From contig NW_014040153.1 of assembly GCF_001186125.1 (NCBI RefSeq), positions 1 to 64,000 on the forward strand: 64,000 nt of DNA, read 5' to 3'. The translations under genes and the position numbers were made by a program. Positions 1-15,083 of this stretch are shown here, one piece after another (within the stretch, counting starts at the first letter, position 1; every line of letters starts with the position of its first letter). The notes under the pieces were generated by a model. The model was not told where the DNA came from and made no database searches. It worked only from the letters and a program-made list of their open reading frames with translations. The DNA is from Sphaeroforma arctica JP610. Its lineage: Eukaryota.

Positions 1-1
1 A

Positions 2-36
<35 letters not shown>

Positions 37-420
37 ATCATATAATGCATTTAAATGTATTTATTATACATGAATATATATACATCTCTTACATACATAT
101 ATATATATATATATATATTCATATATACAACATTTATACATATATCTATTCATATATACTCTTACAGATACATTCATAAATGCATGCATACATTAAGTAC
201 ATTCATTCATACGTATCTGCATACATACAAGTATTTTAAGTGCATTGAATCATACGTAGCTGCATATATACAGGCATTTATATGTACACTCTGCCATCCT
301 TACCCGCATGCATACATGCATTCACAAGTACATTTATTCATACGTATCTGCGTGCATCCAGGCATTCAGAAGTATATTCTTCCATATGTATCTGTATACA
401 CATATATATAGTACTATCAT
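1..420. repeat. (TA)n/(TG)n microsatellites and degenerate TACA-rich low-complexity tract
   Basis: Visible dinucleotide runs; the ORFs here are Y/I/H-rich artefacts. Confidence 0.85.
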
Positions 421-1006
421 GTATGTTACACAGTAAGTGGGTTAGACACATATTATATAGATGATGTCTCTGAATAAACAAACGGAAGAAAGGAATAAAT
501 ACATACAGTAACCTATACTGCAATCAATGACTGTGACACAAGCGAAGTGGTAGTTTGAAAAACATTAACAGCCACAGGGACAGTGAAAGTTACAGTCGCT
601 TCAGATTCAATGCGACATACCTGCAATGAGATGCCCATCAGGAAGATGTACACACAACACTGACGGTAAGCTCAGGATTCCGGAATCGACCTGCACCGTC
701 TAGGAGGGTTTCAAGCAGAAGCAGGTACGACTGGAATTGCACGATAGGAAGCGAAATCGGTGTCACCCCCTTCCCGGGGGGATGTTGCTGATATAACAAG
801 TGTACAATGAAGGAGAAGTACTTTTGGCTTAAAGCGTGTTTATACACACGTAATGAAAGGATTGTAAGTAAAGAGTTTTCAATGCAACAGGTAATTTATT
901 CTCAGTTTCCTAACGATTCTCATATTATATCCGATCCTATGGTATAACTTGCATGACAAGTGGCATATGTCCTAGTCAAACGACCTAAACCTCTCTTCTG
1001 CTGCAC

Positions 1007-2074
1007 TTACTGGCAGAAAGCGTACTCAGCAATGATACCAGTGACCAAGTATGGGTCCATGTTGGAAGCGGGTCGGCGATCCTCGAAGTAACCCTTGCCT
1101 TCAATATCACACTGACGGGGGATACGGATGGAAGATCCACGGTGGGCTACACCGTATGAGAACGAATCCATAGAGGCAGTCTCGTGAGCTCCAGTGAGAC
1201 GACGCTCGTTACCCTTACCGTAAACAGCAATGCACTTCTCGTGCACAGCCTCAAGCTTGGGCATGGCGGCCAAGATAGCCTTCATACCGCCCTCGGCACG
1301 CATCTCCTTGGTGGAGCAGTTGGTGTGGCAACCAGCACCATTCCAGTCTCCGGGGATGGGCTTGGGGTCGAATGAGCAGATGACATTGAAGTCCTCACAC
1401 ACACGGTGCATGATGAATCGCGACATCACAAGGTCATCTCCGGCCTCGATACCGTCACAGATACCTACCTGGTACTCCCACTGGCCAGGCATAACCTCGG
1501 CGTTGGAGCCACAAATCTTGACACCAGCGTACAGACAGGCACGGTAGTGAGCCTCGACGATGTCACGTCCCCATACCTTTCCGGTACCTACACCACAGTA
1601 GTAAGGTCCCTGGGGTCCGGGGTAACCACCCTTGGGCCAGCCAAGTGGGGTAATACCGTCGCTCTCGAAGAGGGTGTATTCTTGCTCGATACCGAACTGA
1701 GGCTCCGAGTCCTTGCACTTCTCCAAGATAGCCGCAGCGTGGTTACGGTTGTTGGTGGGGTGGGGAGTGCCATCGGGCATGATGGTCTCTGTGAGTACGA
1801 TGATGTTATCTCCACGACGGAAGGGATCCTTGTAGATAGCAACAGGCTTCATGAGTACATCAGAGTCCTCACCCTCAGCCTGGCCTGTGGATGAACCATC
1901 GTAGTTCCAGATGGGAAGCTCATCGGCAGACTTGGGTAGTTTCTTAAGAGTGCGCGTCTTGCAACGAACCATTTCCCCAGTGCCGTCGATCCAGACGTAC
2001 ATAGCTTGCACGCCCTTATCAGCCACATCGAGGGACAGGTAGTGATGCGTGGTAGCCTTGTATTGAGTCGTCAT
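1007..2074 (-). CDS. GLN1: Glutamine synthetase type II (eukaryotic), single exon, 355 aa
   Basis: Uninterrupted ORF with GSII motifs [75 protein letters not shown]. Confidence 0.97.
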   Translation of the reverse strand: MTTQYKATTHHYLSLDVADKGVQAMYVWIDGTGEMVRCKTRTLKKLPKSADELPIWNYDGSSTGQAEGEDSDVLMKPVAIYKDPFRRGDNIIVLTETIMPDGTPHPTNNRNHAAAILEKCKDSEPQFGIEQEYTLFESDGITPLGWPKGGYPGPQGPYYCGVGTGKVWGRDIVEAHYRACLYAGVKICGSNAEVMPGQWEYQVGICDGIEAGDDLVMSRFIMHRVCEDFNVICSFDPKPIPGDWNGAGCHTNCSTKEMRAEGGMKAILAAMPKLEAVHEKCIAVYGKGNERRLTGAHETASMDSFSYGVAHRGSSIRIPRQCDIEGKGYFEDRRPASNMDPYLVTGIIAEYAFCQ

Positions 2075-5000
2075 GATGATAATTGGCTATACAAACTGGG
2101 TAATGATTATTGTGTTGAGAATATCATGCCTTAAATATATGTGTATACGTACAAAATATTCACAATCGACGACGTATTTGACCTCTGGCTACGAGGTATT
2201 GTCGGACAACAAACCCAGATTTTATTTTATTCCTTTGTTTTCATCTGAACGCGAGAGAGAATCACTGAGCGTCCGTGACAGGCTGAATGACAGTCACAGT
2301 GACAGTCCTTTTACGGCCGCCAATATCAGTCGGGCTTGGTCTCAACCAATCGAAAAGCTGATCACGAACGCTGTCAATTGTCAACCCACAAAAGGACACC
2401 TTTTTCGGCTTCTCTTTTGTATGTGGAGTTCCAGGGAGTTCAAAAAGAATAACTCCTTTCCCCCAGTGAATTCAGTCCCAGAAATATTTCATATAAAAAA
2501 ATCGAGAGGCGGTCTTTTTGAGGGTAGAAACATCGCTACAAAAATGAGGAATAAAAACATGTCCGAAACGCATCATACAGAAAATAACCCCGTTGCGAAC
2601 TATACCATGTAACAACTCCGATTGTATCTTGTACCTGGTATATACCAAAAAGTACTGCACACCAATACAAATCCGAATATGCGACGTATTTTATATGGAG
2701 CAATATTGTTTTATATCAAATCATATGTTTGGATTATTGAATTTTATACTTTTCTTTTGTTGAACAATGAAAACTGCGGTCTTCTCTGGAAATAGGTTTT
2801 AGGTCCAGATTCCAGAATGTCCAGAGTCTCAAAGAGAGACTCCACCCCTGTCCACCTGTCCACCAGAATTGAGAACATCCAGAACAGGCCAATATCATAT
2901 TGTCAATAAATACCAACGAGTGAGTTTGTCAGAACAAGAAGAGAGAAGAGACTTTTTCTATAAATAGGGTCTCCGAGTTTCCGACTCTCCTGAGTCTCCT
3001 CCAGTCCTCCACTCTGGCACTCTCCGACTCCGCTCTCTCTCGGTAAATATTAGAAAATTTGTCAAAATAGTGTGTAAATAAATACAAACAAATAGTACCT
3101 CAGTAAGGCGATACTTCCTGTATAGAATTTTTGGTTCAATGATTTTTTTTTCAATACCCAAAAAGAAGGCTATGAAATTTTACTTTATTTATATCTCCCC
3201 CGGGCCCCATGGGCCAGAGGCCAGAGAACCCAAATGCCCCAGAACAGAGCGGCCAGCAGTGAGCAGGCACTGAGGCAGTTACCCCGCTGTTTGTTTTTCT
3301 TTTCTTTTTTTTAAACGATGCAGGCCCTCGCTGCATAGCCTTCTAAATAATCATCAATGGCTGTAGAAGGGCGAAGGCGGATGATATTTTTTTTAACTTC
3401 CTCTACTATTTTATATGGTAAAACAAAATACAGTCGACTATGTACATACTGGAGTGGCGAGTGGAGAGTGGAAAAAACATCGAGTTCACAGTTCAGACTT
3501 TAGACTTCTTCAATGAGTTCAAGACTTCAAGTCATCAATGTTGTAAATATTTTGTCTTTTTTATGTCTGCTCTCGCAGTCATCAGGCCTCTGTCTGCGTC
3601 AAACGATGCGCTTGTCTAAATATGGACCGGGCCCTACTCGAGTGCCCCTGAGTCTTAACTTTTGGGGTCCCACTGAGGTCCTAAATCGAAATGCCCTAAA
3701 GCCTATTTTAAGCCCCCACTTTTAACCCTGATAACCTGACCTTCTTTAGGAACTGAGTTTTTATTTTATGAGTTTTAAAAACCCCAAAAATAATACTGTT
3801 TTTTTCTTAAACAAAACAGAATACAGTGTGTCGAAAACCCTAAAAACGGGTGACGTGGTCACTCTTGTGTGACTGGTCCGTGCGTCCGATACCTGACGTG
3901 GAACGTTTACTCTTGATTTGAGATTTCCTCCAATGATGACATGACCTCTCCGGGTATTATAATTAAAAAATTGGGATATCTGATATTTCATGCATCTGAT
4001 TTTCAACAATTGTCGCATATTATTGATGGTGATAGTATGACAAACTGCTTCTAATTTTAGGACGACAGATGAAAATATTGATTTAAAATAGCTTTTTTTT
4101 TGGAAATTCTGGAGTCGTTTTAAAAGCATGAGCTGCGGAGCAAATACTTGCCATATTTAGATTGAAATATTACGTGATCCCTGCTGATTCAATTGACATA
4201 GCAACCGATCAGCATCACGCTGCACTGCTGCAGTCAACACAAGGCGGGCCGGTGCAGCTGTTTCTCTCCGGCGTTTTTTTTTAAACAAAATTAAAAGAAT
4301 AAATTCACGATTCTCGGAATCTCAGTAAAAAAATTCAGTTGTCACTTGTCACTGCTGTTGAATCTGGTGTGAAGTATTTATTTGTATGTGTCATAGCCTT
4401 CCAAAATGTGGACTGACACTTGACAGGGCTGACATCACAGGCTTGAGACTTTTTATTTATATTTTTCAAAAAGTCAGTTGAGTCACTTGAAAGTTGAAAC
4501 TTGAGACTTGGAGACTTTTGAAGCCTTGAGGCTTGAGCCCTTGATGCTTTGAAATGCCAGTATGCCACACTCTGCTGGAGAGTGGCCCGAGTGGGGTGAC
4601 TGGGGTGAGATTAAGTGGCGTCTGCCAGTCGCCAGAGTGCAGCTCGGACACAGTGACAATGCCACAGTGCGTCAGTGCCAGCCTTCCAGGGACCCAGGGT
4701 ACATACCAGTAAATAACCAGGCTGCTATGTAGTCTCCAGCTGGGCGGAGCTGGCTAGTTTCGGGATTCCTCTATACTATTGCAAAAAAAACGGGAAGATG
4801 CTCTAACTATTTTGATTGATTACAATGGCAGATAATAACAGCTCCTCGAGTGTGAATACTCTTGATGTTTGTTCACTTTATCATACTATAGAATAATGTG
4901 CTTCAAAATACAATAATCGTCAAGTTCTGCATCGTATTGATCATTTTAAATGTTGTTGTCAGTGGCGTTCCTATTCCTATACTCCATGCAAGCAAATGCA

Positions 5001-5139
5001 CTGCTCTTCGGTTTTACTAACCTTGTAAACATTACAGTGGTCAATCCTCCGTTTATTTGTTTTTTTAAGTAAACAAGTCATTTGAGAGTCGATTGATATG
5101 ACTTCATATCACTCCTCATTGTATGATTACAATATCTAT

Positions 5140-5804
5140 TTTATATATCTCTAGGTATATGTATATATATATATCTCTCTCTCTCTCTAAGTATATATAT
5201 ATATANNNNNNNNNNNNNNNNNNNNNNNNNNNNNNNNNNNNNNNNNNNNNNNNNNNNNNNNNNNNNNNNNNNNNNNNNNNNNNNNNNNNNNNNNNNNNNN
5301 NNNNNNNNNNNNNNNNNNNNNNNNNNNNNNNNNNNNNNNNNNNNNNNNNNNNNNNNNNNNNNNNNNNNNNNNNNNNNNNNNNNNNNNNNNNNNNNNNNNN
5401 NNNNNNNNNNNNNNNNNNNNNNNNNNNNNNNNNNNNNNNNNNNNNNNNNNNNNNNNNNNNNNNNNNNNNNNNNNNNNNNNNNNNNNNNNNNNNNNNNNNN
5501 NNNNNNNNNNNNNNNNNNNNNNNNNNNNNNNNNNNNNNNNNNNNNNNNNNNNNNNNNNNNNNNNNNNNNNNNNNNNNNNNNNNNNNNNNNNNNNNNNNNN
5601 NNNNNNTGTGTGTGTGTGTGTGTGTGTGTTGTGTGTGTGTGCGTGTACACAAACATATATGGGTGGGTTTGTGTGTATACATGTTTATGTATTCGGTTTA
5701 ATTAACATATAATATATACGTAAGTATAATGCATGCATGTGTATACGTATACAAAAATATACGATTTGCATACATACACATCTTACATAGTTTCTAAATA
5801 ATTA

Positions 5805-5843
<39 letters not shown>

Positions 5844-6234
5844 CATACATGTGTTTACGCAAACTATGTATTCACACGGATATCTTTATGGATGCATATC
5901 TACAATATATATTACGTCTAACTGCAATCACTTATACGCATCCCTACACATCTACCCTCCATATTATCATGTGCATATATTTTGCTTTTATAGCTATTGT
6001 GTGTTTAAGCGTGTGCATCTTTTAATTCAAATATGGGAATGAATATACATTACAAGCCGTCGACATATATTTGTATAAACTATCTATATTTATTCAGTAT
6101 AATTAATATATATTATATACATATATGCATAATTTCGCATATGTATACGTATATGAATCTATAGGATTTTCATATATATACGAATATCTTTTTATGTACA
6201 TATTCACGTATGTATATATATATGTATTCAGTAA

Positions 6235-6277
<43 letters not shown>

Positions 6278-7350
6278 TCGTACATACCTATATATAATGC
6301 ATACATGGGTGTACTTGAATGTAACTACACGGTTTGCATACACACGCAAATATCTTTATGGATACATTTCTGCAATATACAATACGTCTACCGCTTCATC
6401 TGTATGAATTTATTTGTTTCCATATTTCGTATTTTTTCTCTTATACTTGCATATTATCATGTGCATGTACCATGCATTTATAACTATTGTGGGTTTGTAC
6501 ACACGCATCTTTTAATTAGTGTGGGAATGCATATATTTATATTACAAGCCATCGGATATATAAACAGTTGCATATATGATGTAACATATGCGTTCAGTAT
6601 ATTTCATATATAAAATTATACAATTTTCGTATACACACGAATATGTTTCTAGATACATATTTACATGTATATGTGTATTTATATATATATATATATGTAC
6701 TCAGTATGATAGATGTATGTATGTATGTATATTGCATACATGTGTACGTAAATAAAACTACGATTTGCGTATACACACGAATATCTTTATGAATACATCT
6801 ACCACTTTATCTGTATTATATGCATATTCGTATTTCTTTCTACAAGCACTTATACACATTACTATGAATATTGTGCATTTATCACTTATGTGTAAACGCG
6901 CCTGTGCATCTTTTAATTCATATGTTGGGATGCAAATATACATTTCAAGCCATCGATATACATATATTCCTATATACTTATACAATTTTTTGTTTGTATA
7001 GGAATATGTATATATGTGTTTATACACATTTATACAATTTTAAATGTTCATCAATTTTTATATACACGTATTTTTGTTATATAAATAACAGCATGTTCTA
7101 TTCATATTTAAAATCGCATATTTACTTGTTTGTTTAGTTTGTGTGTTTATATCTCTTTGGATAAATATATGTCTTGCACGTTTGTGGTTGTTGTGTGTAG
7201 GACTGTGTATATACATATATATATATATATAATTATAATTATCAATGTCCATAAATTTGTATATATATGTCTTGCACAATTGTACACATACTTGTATGTT
7301 ATATACATATTTATAACCGTATAATCACTTGCATGTACAGTGTTCATGTG
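5140..7350. repeat. AT-rich degenerate satellite/low-complexity region with (TA)n and (TG)n, plus recurring several-hundred-bp units
   Basis: Recurring TACGATTTGC(A/G)TACACAC..ATATCTTTATG blocks near 5760, 6325 and 6760; spans an N gap. Confidence 0.7.
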
Positions 7351-8605
7351 CTATAATCTTTTTTGTAAATTTATTATTCGTACACGTTTGTTGTTTAGAT
7401 ATTGACTGGTTCTTGACTGGCACTAGTATCCCCCGTAACATTATTGTAAGAGCAACACAGAGTGTGTATTTTTATGTCATCGTAGCCCATTTGAAGGTCA
7501 ATTGCTTAATGCCGGGTTAATATTTAGTAAAGCTTCCGGCTTCTAGCTTATCCTTTATATTATCATTATCTGGACCTTGACAATTATGTAATAAATAATA
7601 GACATTTTAAATGCAATAATTGCAACCTATTGATATGTACTACATATAAATAGATCATCTTGGTGAAATGTATTTAAATAAACTGCTGTGTCTTCATCTC
7701 TAATAAAGGCGAACTCGTCCTCTGCATGCTGTAACAGTGTATGTTGTTCAGGTGCCATGCATTTTTTTGAAATTTCCTTTCGCATCACCTCTTGGGGAGT
7801 CGATCGCCATGATCACCAGTCGTGACTCGTAAGTGAGTGTTCGCTCTATTGAGGGGTAAGGATATTTTAACTATCTCTGGTAAAGATGTCACTTCGAAAT
7901 GATGTAGCTTCTGTAAGTTATGTTCCTCTATGCAGAAACCGTAGAGCATTGTGTATTGTACGGCTTATAATGGCCATAATCGGGGTTGAACCTACAGAGC
8001 GTGCGTGCATTTTTCTGAAAACAAATGTACATAGTACTGTCTGTACAGTGTACAGTCTGTACGACACTACGACTACGACTCTACAGTCTAGAGTGAGTCT
8101 ACGTAGGACGTATGTACTGTACAAATAATATTTACTTATCAGATTGAGATGGCGCGTGCCGGCGTGGAGCGAATCCGTGGTCGTATCCAATCAAAATCAA
8201 AGGTTTCCCGTTGCACGTTCAACCCCGGTTAAAAAGTAAATTAAATAATATCATATTCTATTTTCGTGAGTGCGACCATATGTATTTTTTGCAAGAGTGC
8301 GTAGAGCTGTAGGAGTGAAGGCTACCTCTCTAAGAGTAGTAGACACCGGGCAAACAGTTACTCACTCGCCACCAGTATAGTGTTCTATTGAGATAGAGAC
8401 AGTTAAATAGCTTAGGTGAGTTGTAGACACTCGCTACTAGAGTAAAAGAGAGAGAGACTGTGAGTATACTCAATATAGTGTTCTGTTTAAATTGAGATAG
8501 CTTTTATTGTAACTAGCGTAGTGCACATATAAATACTTGTATGTCAACTTGTACTACCTGACTAGAACACGAATTTCCTATTCATATTACCCATAATTAC
8601 ACAAT

Positions 8606-9087
8606 ATGCCAGCTTTTGATACGAGCGAAAGTCACTGTCAAATTATCGACGCCGCCGATGTAGCGGCCAAGTTTGTGTAAGTACGCGTGGACACACTGAC
8701 TCGTATAGAACGTCTATTTCTCGTTTTTGCAAGTGGCTGGTCATGCTTTTGTATCTGTATATCAGGTTTATGGTTTGTATTTCTCTGATGTATATAACTA
8801 TACGTGCCAATATTGGACCTAGGCATACAAGCTGTGTGGGTAATGCATCGTAACGCGATTTAGAATCTATACTGATAGCAGGTACATATGCCGAGATTCG
8901 CTGCAGTTTTAAGTATACAATTAGTCGCTGTTTCGAATACCAGTAGTCATGATGCTAGTTTTGTATCGCTTGTACACATTCTTGATCGCATCCGATTCGA
9001 CAGATTCATATGTAATATAATATATATATATATCTATATTTATATATATATTTATATTTATATATATATATATATATATATATTTAT

Positions 9088-9120
<33 letters not shown>

Positions 9121-9125
9121 GTATG

Positions 9126-9160
<35 letters not shown>

Positions 9161-12100
9161 NNNNNNNNNNNNNNNNNNNNAAATATATGTATATGTATAT
9201 ATGTGTGTGTGTACGTGTTTGTGTATGTGTGTGTGTACGTGTTTGTGTATGTGTGTGTGTACGTGTTTGTGTATGTGTGTGTGTACGTGTATGTGTATGT
9301 ATGTATGTACGCACTATATATAGATATGAAGTATGCGTATATATATGTGTGTGTGTGCCGATCAGCCAGTACATCTAAACACTTGCAGCAGATGACTACC
9401 CTGTAACACTCCATCTATCGCGTGCCTTATGATGGAACAGAAAGAGGATACAGAGCGAGGTGCTGCGCAGAGGCGCTGACAACAACCCCGTGCTCAGAGG
9501 TATCTTGGCCAATGATGACTTTGCGGCGAAGAAGTATGCCGACTGGACTGCCAAGACGTGCGAGAAGACTGGTATGGATGTGAATGCATACTGTATAAAG
9601 CAACCCACCAGCAAGTGAGTGCGACGAAAGACACGCTGAGTGTATTGTAAATGCATGTGTTTTCTTGTACATCCTGTGCTTTTTTGTGTATGTCACTCCG
9701 TCTCGGAAGGAATGTGTGTTAAAGGTGTCAAAAAACCTCACTGTGGAGGAGTGCGCAACGAGAAACCATCAGTTTAATAGCAACCGTTGTGTCTGCGTCA
9801 TATAAAGTCCCGATTGGGCATCGACTGGTGGTGGTATAGATCGTGGACCTCGTACAAGCAGCAATCTCGAACTGGTTGCGGACTGACCACTCACTCACTA
9901 CCTTTGTCAATAGTATCGTACCTACACGTGGTCACGTGCTGCCGTCCTCTAGCCCCGCAGCAACAAGCTACCTGGGCCACACACAATGCATTCACGAGTC
10001 TCACAACGGCATCCGGTCGACGCTTCAGTGTCGTCTGTCTGTTTCGTTAACCCTATGCTCGTACATGCTCGCATACATCGCTGTTATAACAGGCATCAAA
10101 TTCGAGTTGGTTGAGGTGGATAGCATGTCAGCTGAAGAAGCCGTGGACGCGGCCAACAACGATCCATCGGTCGACGGCATCATGGTTTACTATCCCGTCT
10201 TCGGGGATGCACAGGTGTGTAGAGTCATGTAAACGTTTGATGATGACTATACTCGTGTGTACGGGCAAAACGTTTGATGTTCAAACTCGTACATACTTGC
10301 AATACGTTTGATGCTCTATCTCGTACGTACTTGCGGATCTCAAGTATCTGTTTGATGTTCTTACCCTACCCGTACCAGCTTGCAGAGTCATGTATGTGTT
10401 AGATGTTCTTACGCGCACATACTTGGTGTGTGGAATACTATGCATGCACGTGAATACCAGTTTAGCCCTATATAAGGATTGCTGCGTCCGTATCTCAAGT
10501 ATTGTGCGACCAATAGTTCGTATACACTCCTATCCTTATAATCGGAAGATGTCGAGTCTCTTCGGCACTTCCTCTGGAGAAGTGTTCAAAGTCATGTCCA
10601 AACGCCCTCTATGTAATACTTCTCTCATACTCACACCTATAAGTCCAATGCAGGATGAATATCTCCGCAATGCCGTAAGTATCAGGAAGGATGTTGAAGC
10701 ACTGTGCCACACCTACCGCTACAACATGTACCACAACATCCGGTCCATCCAACTCCCCGGCGGTGGCGCCAGTAAGTCACTGCTGCCCTGTACCCCGGGT
10801 GCGATTGTAAAGGTGTGTGCTTTTACCTGGTAGAATGTAGTTTCTATAGCATTTCCTCTACAGTTGTATGGTAAAATGTAGTTTCTATAGTATTTCCTCT
10901 ATATTTGTATGGTAGAATGTAGTTTCTATAGCATTTCCTCTATATTTGTATGGTAGAATGTAGTTTCTATAGTATTTCCNNNNNNNNNNNNNNNNNNNNN
11001 NNNNNNNNNNNNNNNNNNNNNNNNNNNNNNNNNNNNNNNNNNNNNNNNNNNNNNNNNNNNNNNNNNNNNNNNNNNNNNNNNNNNNNNNNNNNNNNNNNNN
11101 NNNNNNNNNNNNNNNNNNNNNNNNNNNNNNNNNNNNNNNNNNNNNNNNNNNNNNNNNNNNNNNNNNNNNNNNNNNNNNNNNNNNNNNNNNNNNNNNNNNN
11201 NNNNNNNNNNNNNNNNNNNNNNNNNNNNNNNNNNNNNNNNNNNNNNNNNNNNNNNNNNNNNNNNNNNNNNNNNNNNNNNNNNNNNNNNNNNNNNNNNNNN
11301 NNNNNNNNNNNNNNNNNNNNNNNNNNNNNNNNNNNNNNNNNNNNNNNNNNNNNNNNNNNNNNNNNNNNNNNNNNNNNNNNNNNNNNNNNNNNNNNNNNNN
11401 NNNNNNNNNNNNNNNNNNNNNNNNNNNNNNNNNNNNNNNNNNNNNNNNNNNNNNNNNNNNNNNNNNNNNNNNNNNNNNNNNNNNNNNNNNNNNNNNNNNN
11501 NNNNNNNNNNNNNNNNNNNNNNNNNNNNNNNNNNNNNNNNNNNNNNNNNNNNNNNNNNNNNNNNNNNNNNNNNNNNNNNNNNNNNNNNNNNNNNNNNNNN
11601 NNNNNNNNNNNNNNNNNNNNNNNNNNNNNNNNNNNNNNNNNNNNNNNNNNNNNNNNNNNNNNNNNNNNNNNNNNNNNNNNNNNNNNNNNNNNNNNNNNNN
11701 NNNNNNNNNNNNNNNNNNNNNNNNNNNNNNNNNNNNNNNNNNNNNNNNNNNNNNNNNNNNNNNNNNNNNNNNNNNNNNNNNNNNNNNNNNNNNNNNNNNN
11801 NNNNNNNNNNNNNNNNNNNNNNNNNNNNNNNNNNNNNNNNNNNNNNNNNNNNNNAAATGTAGTATTTAGAGCATTTCCTCTATATTTGTATGGTAAAATG
11901 TAGTTTCTATAGTATTTCCTCTATATTTAATGTAGTTTCTATAGTATTTCCTCTATATTTAATGTAGTTTCTATAGTATTTCCTCTATATCTGTATGGTA
12001 AAATGTAGTTTCTATAGCATTTCCTCTATATTTGTATGGTAGAAGGTAGTTTCTATAGCATTTCCTCTATATTTATATGGTAAAATGTAGTTTCTAGTTT

Positions 12101-15083
12101 TTCCTCTATATTTAATGTAGTTTCTATAGCATTTTCTTTATATTTGTATGGTAGAATGTAGTTTCTATAGCATTTTCTCTATATTTGTATGGTAAAATGT
12201 AGTTTCTATAGTATTTCCTCTATATTTGTATAGTGTTTAGTACATACCGTGAGATTATGATGTAATACGCGAGATACCCTGCTGAACCCGATTGTGCAGA
12301 ATTACCGTCTGTATTAATGTTTACGTTTATTATGCGGTTGTGGGTTGGTATTCGCTCTGGTTGGCCGTTCTGTGCGAACCTTATTTACAACTGCAAACGC
12401 AGAGAAAACTCTCAGTAAATTGTACGTTCGCATGCTACTGCTATATCCCAGACAAGAAATATCTCTCAGTACCTCTGGGCAAATATCACGTCCGCATGTC
12501 ACTGGTATCATAAACCAGTACCGATGGCTGGGGTTCTGTGTGTTGATTTTTTGTATGTCTGCATGTCACTGGTATCATAAACCAATACCGATGGCTGGAT
12601 TCTGTGTATTGATTTTGTATCTGCTCTATTGTAGGGTGTCCCAAATGGTGTGCTGTGATGTAGTGAATTCGTTCCTACTGTGCTGCGCAGAATCGCGCAG
12701 AATGATCATCTCCTTGTGTACGGAATATATTCTCAGCGCAGCGATTAATCCTAGTTTAAACAATTAGTCCTAATCTAAACAGTACCTTCGTTCGCACAGA
12801 TTCTGGAGTACGTGGGTGTATACAATCACAACCTTGCCGAAGGCAATCGAATGTACGGCAAGACCATCGCCGTGGTAAACCGCAGGTAGGTTCTGATATC
12901 CAGCGGTGCTGTTCGCTAGGATTAAAGTATGTACTATAAATTGGGTAGATGGTTTATCAACATCATGAGCCCCGTAGGTTCAACAGTTTATATATATATA
13001 TGTGTGTGTGTGTGTGTGATAAAATCGGTAGATTGTTTATCAACATCATGAAGCTCGAAGGGTTCAGCGGTTATGTGTCAGCCCATACAAATCCAGTACA
13101 GGGCTCTATCGGAATGCGACTTTTTGTTTTATTTATTTTTTATTTATATTTGATGGTGGTGTAATCAATCCCTGTGATAGTACTCTGACTAATATGTATC
13201 AATGAAACGCTTCGCCGTTGAGGATCCGATCTATGCACACATACATAATACTATGCGTACGCACACAACGAAACAGAACTCAGAAAGCGGCGACGTAAGA
13301 AGCCTACTATGATATTGGATCCAGACTTACATATATCTTACTATTAGTTGAAACATTCTTGTCAGATATACGGCCGATCATTCTGTGTATTCCCCGGTCG
13401 ATACGTGTCTATGTGCCCATTAGAAGACACTACACGCACTACCGCGACAGAGCGTTGTATGAAGGCTGTATGTCCAACCCTGACTGCTCTATTCGCGAAC
13501 GTGTGCTTGCGGTGCGTATCAGTGCTGGCATTTGGCAAGACATGTGTGCGCTCGTGATCACGGGCCTCTATCAAGCATACACATGGCTGCACCTGAGTAT
13601 GTGCACATACGTATTCACTCATTGTACGTTACATACACACCACAGCGAGGTTGTGGGACGACCCCTGGCCGCACTCTGTGCGAATGACGGCGCGAAGGTA
13701 TATTCCATCGATGTAGATGATATCCTGGTGTTCTCGCGCGGCAACGGAATCAAATTGCACAAGCACGAGATAGCCACGACCGATATATCTAAGTCCGCGG
13801 CTCTTGGCAATGCCGACGTGGTCATCTCTGGAGTGCCCGTCAAGGGTTTTAAGGTATGATACGCAATGTTTGTGTCGAGAATGCAACCCCCGTCTCAGTT
13901 GTGTATATATGTACAAAGACAAGAAGAAAGACTCCTCACAAACGTGTACGCTTGCATATCTTGTTGAGTATGCGGACAGATATTGCGAGAGTCTGTGCGT
14001 GTATTCAATTGGAGTACGGTAGCTCAATGCGAACCTCAAGGCAACCCCTGTTTGACCGTCGTTGGTTACAATCTGCGGTTGTTACCTACAGCTGTTGGCG
14101 GGCTATTGTTATTGTTCTGTGTACTGTTAGGGTGTGTTGTCTTGGGTCTCCACTGTTCTACTCGTGTATTAGTGTCACAGCTGTTAGGAAATATATTGAC
14201 TTAAAAGTTCGCTATTCGCAGCCTCGATAGGTTGTGTGTTGGCATAAGAAATGTGACTATAACAGCTGTATACATATTCATTCATGAGTGTCCCGGATTA
14301 TTGTGTAATATATGTGTAGATGCTACTTTTCTGATCCCGGAACAGTAGGTATACGTGCATCTGTAGCCAGATACGAATGCGATTGTGCATGCATATGTAT
14401 TTATTTTCTTAGTTGGATGCGTTTGTAAATATCCAGTGTATGTAAATACTAGTATACATTCACAGACATGTGTCTAAAGTAAGACGGACGGCTAAACTGT
14501 GTGCGTGTCAAACTCAAAATTCATGTTTATATATATATTTGCAGGCTCTTGTATACAGTTAAGTACAGTTTTGGATTGGAGTAGGCGTCGATGTTCGAAT
14601 GAATGCGTATAGCTGTTCCGCTCGTTACCGTACAAGAGTTCGGTGACATGTTGTACACCACGCGTCACGTCTTAATGGCACTGGGCTCTGTATCTCCGGA
14701 CCGTGTGCGTAGCATGCATTGTTTCTCGACTGTGTGCGGATACCTTAAACTCGTGTGATCACACCGATATCCCTGCGTCTTATGTTGTAGATTCTATTCA
14801 CGTGGTCCTTCCGAACAACGATTGGTGCCGCTGTATACCAAACGTTTGTTGACGCATCCTCTCCTTTGTGCTGTATTCACTTCCTCAGATCGACACCGCG
14901 GATCTTAAGGATGGCTGTATAGCAATTAACTTTGCCACGTACCAGAACTTCTCACCTGATATTGTGGAAAAGGCGTCGATTTTTGTGAAGAGTGTGGGCA
15001 AGGTGACGGTTGCTATGCTACAACGGAATGTAATGCGCGTCAGTCGGTCCACGGACATGTGCGGCAGTGCGGACATTCTTTAA
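8606..15083 (+). CDS. MTD1: NAD-dependent methylenetetrahydrofolate dehydrogenase (yeast MTD1-like). Exons approx. 8606-8676, 9441-9571, 10093-10214, 10654-10812, 12800-12885, 13646-13853, 14889-15083
   Basis: GT-AG exons join in frame and give GILANDDFAAKKYADWTAKT, VDGIMVYYPVFG, KDVEALCHTYRYNMYHN, LLPCTPGAIVKILEYVGVYN, VVNRSEVVGRPLAALCANDGAKVYSID, SVGKVTVAMLQRN. The 3' end is uncertain because of a possible extra donor GTCAGT near 15039. Confidence 0.88.
10828..12232. repeat. Intronic minisatellite, ~39-bp unit TGTATGGTA(A/G)AATGTAGTTTCTATAG(C/T)ATTTCCTCTATATT, spanning an N gap
   Basis: Tandem units visible on both sides of the gap, in MTD1 intron 4. Confidence 0.9.
12494..12625. repeat. 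~66-bp imperfect tandem duplication in an intron
   Basis: GCATGTCACTGGTATCATAAACCA.TACCGATGGCTGG... occurs twice. Confidence 0.8.

Noticed and set aside
55..9414. Numerous Y/I/H/C/V-rich ORFs, and ORFs spanning N runs
   Set aside because: Translations of microsatellites and assembly gaps
10828..12232. CRISPR-like appearance of the ~39-bp repeats (also the 35-bp array at 32233)
   Set aside because: Head-to-tail units with no unique spacers, intronic, and no cas genes
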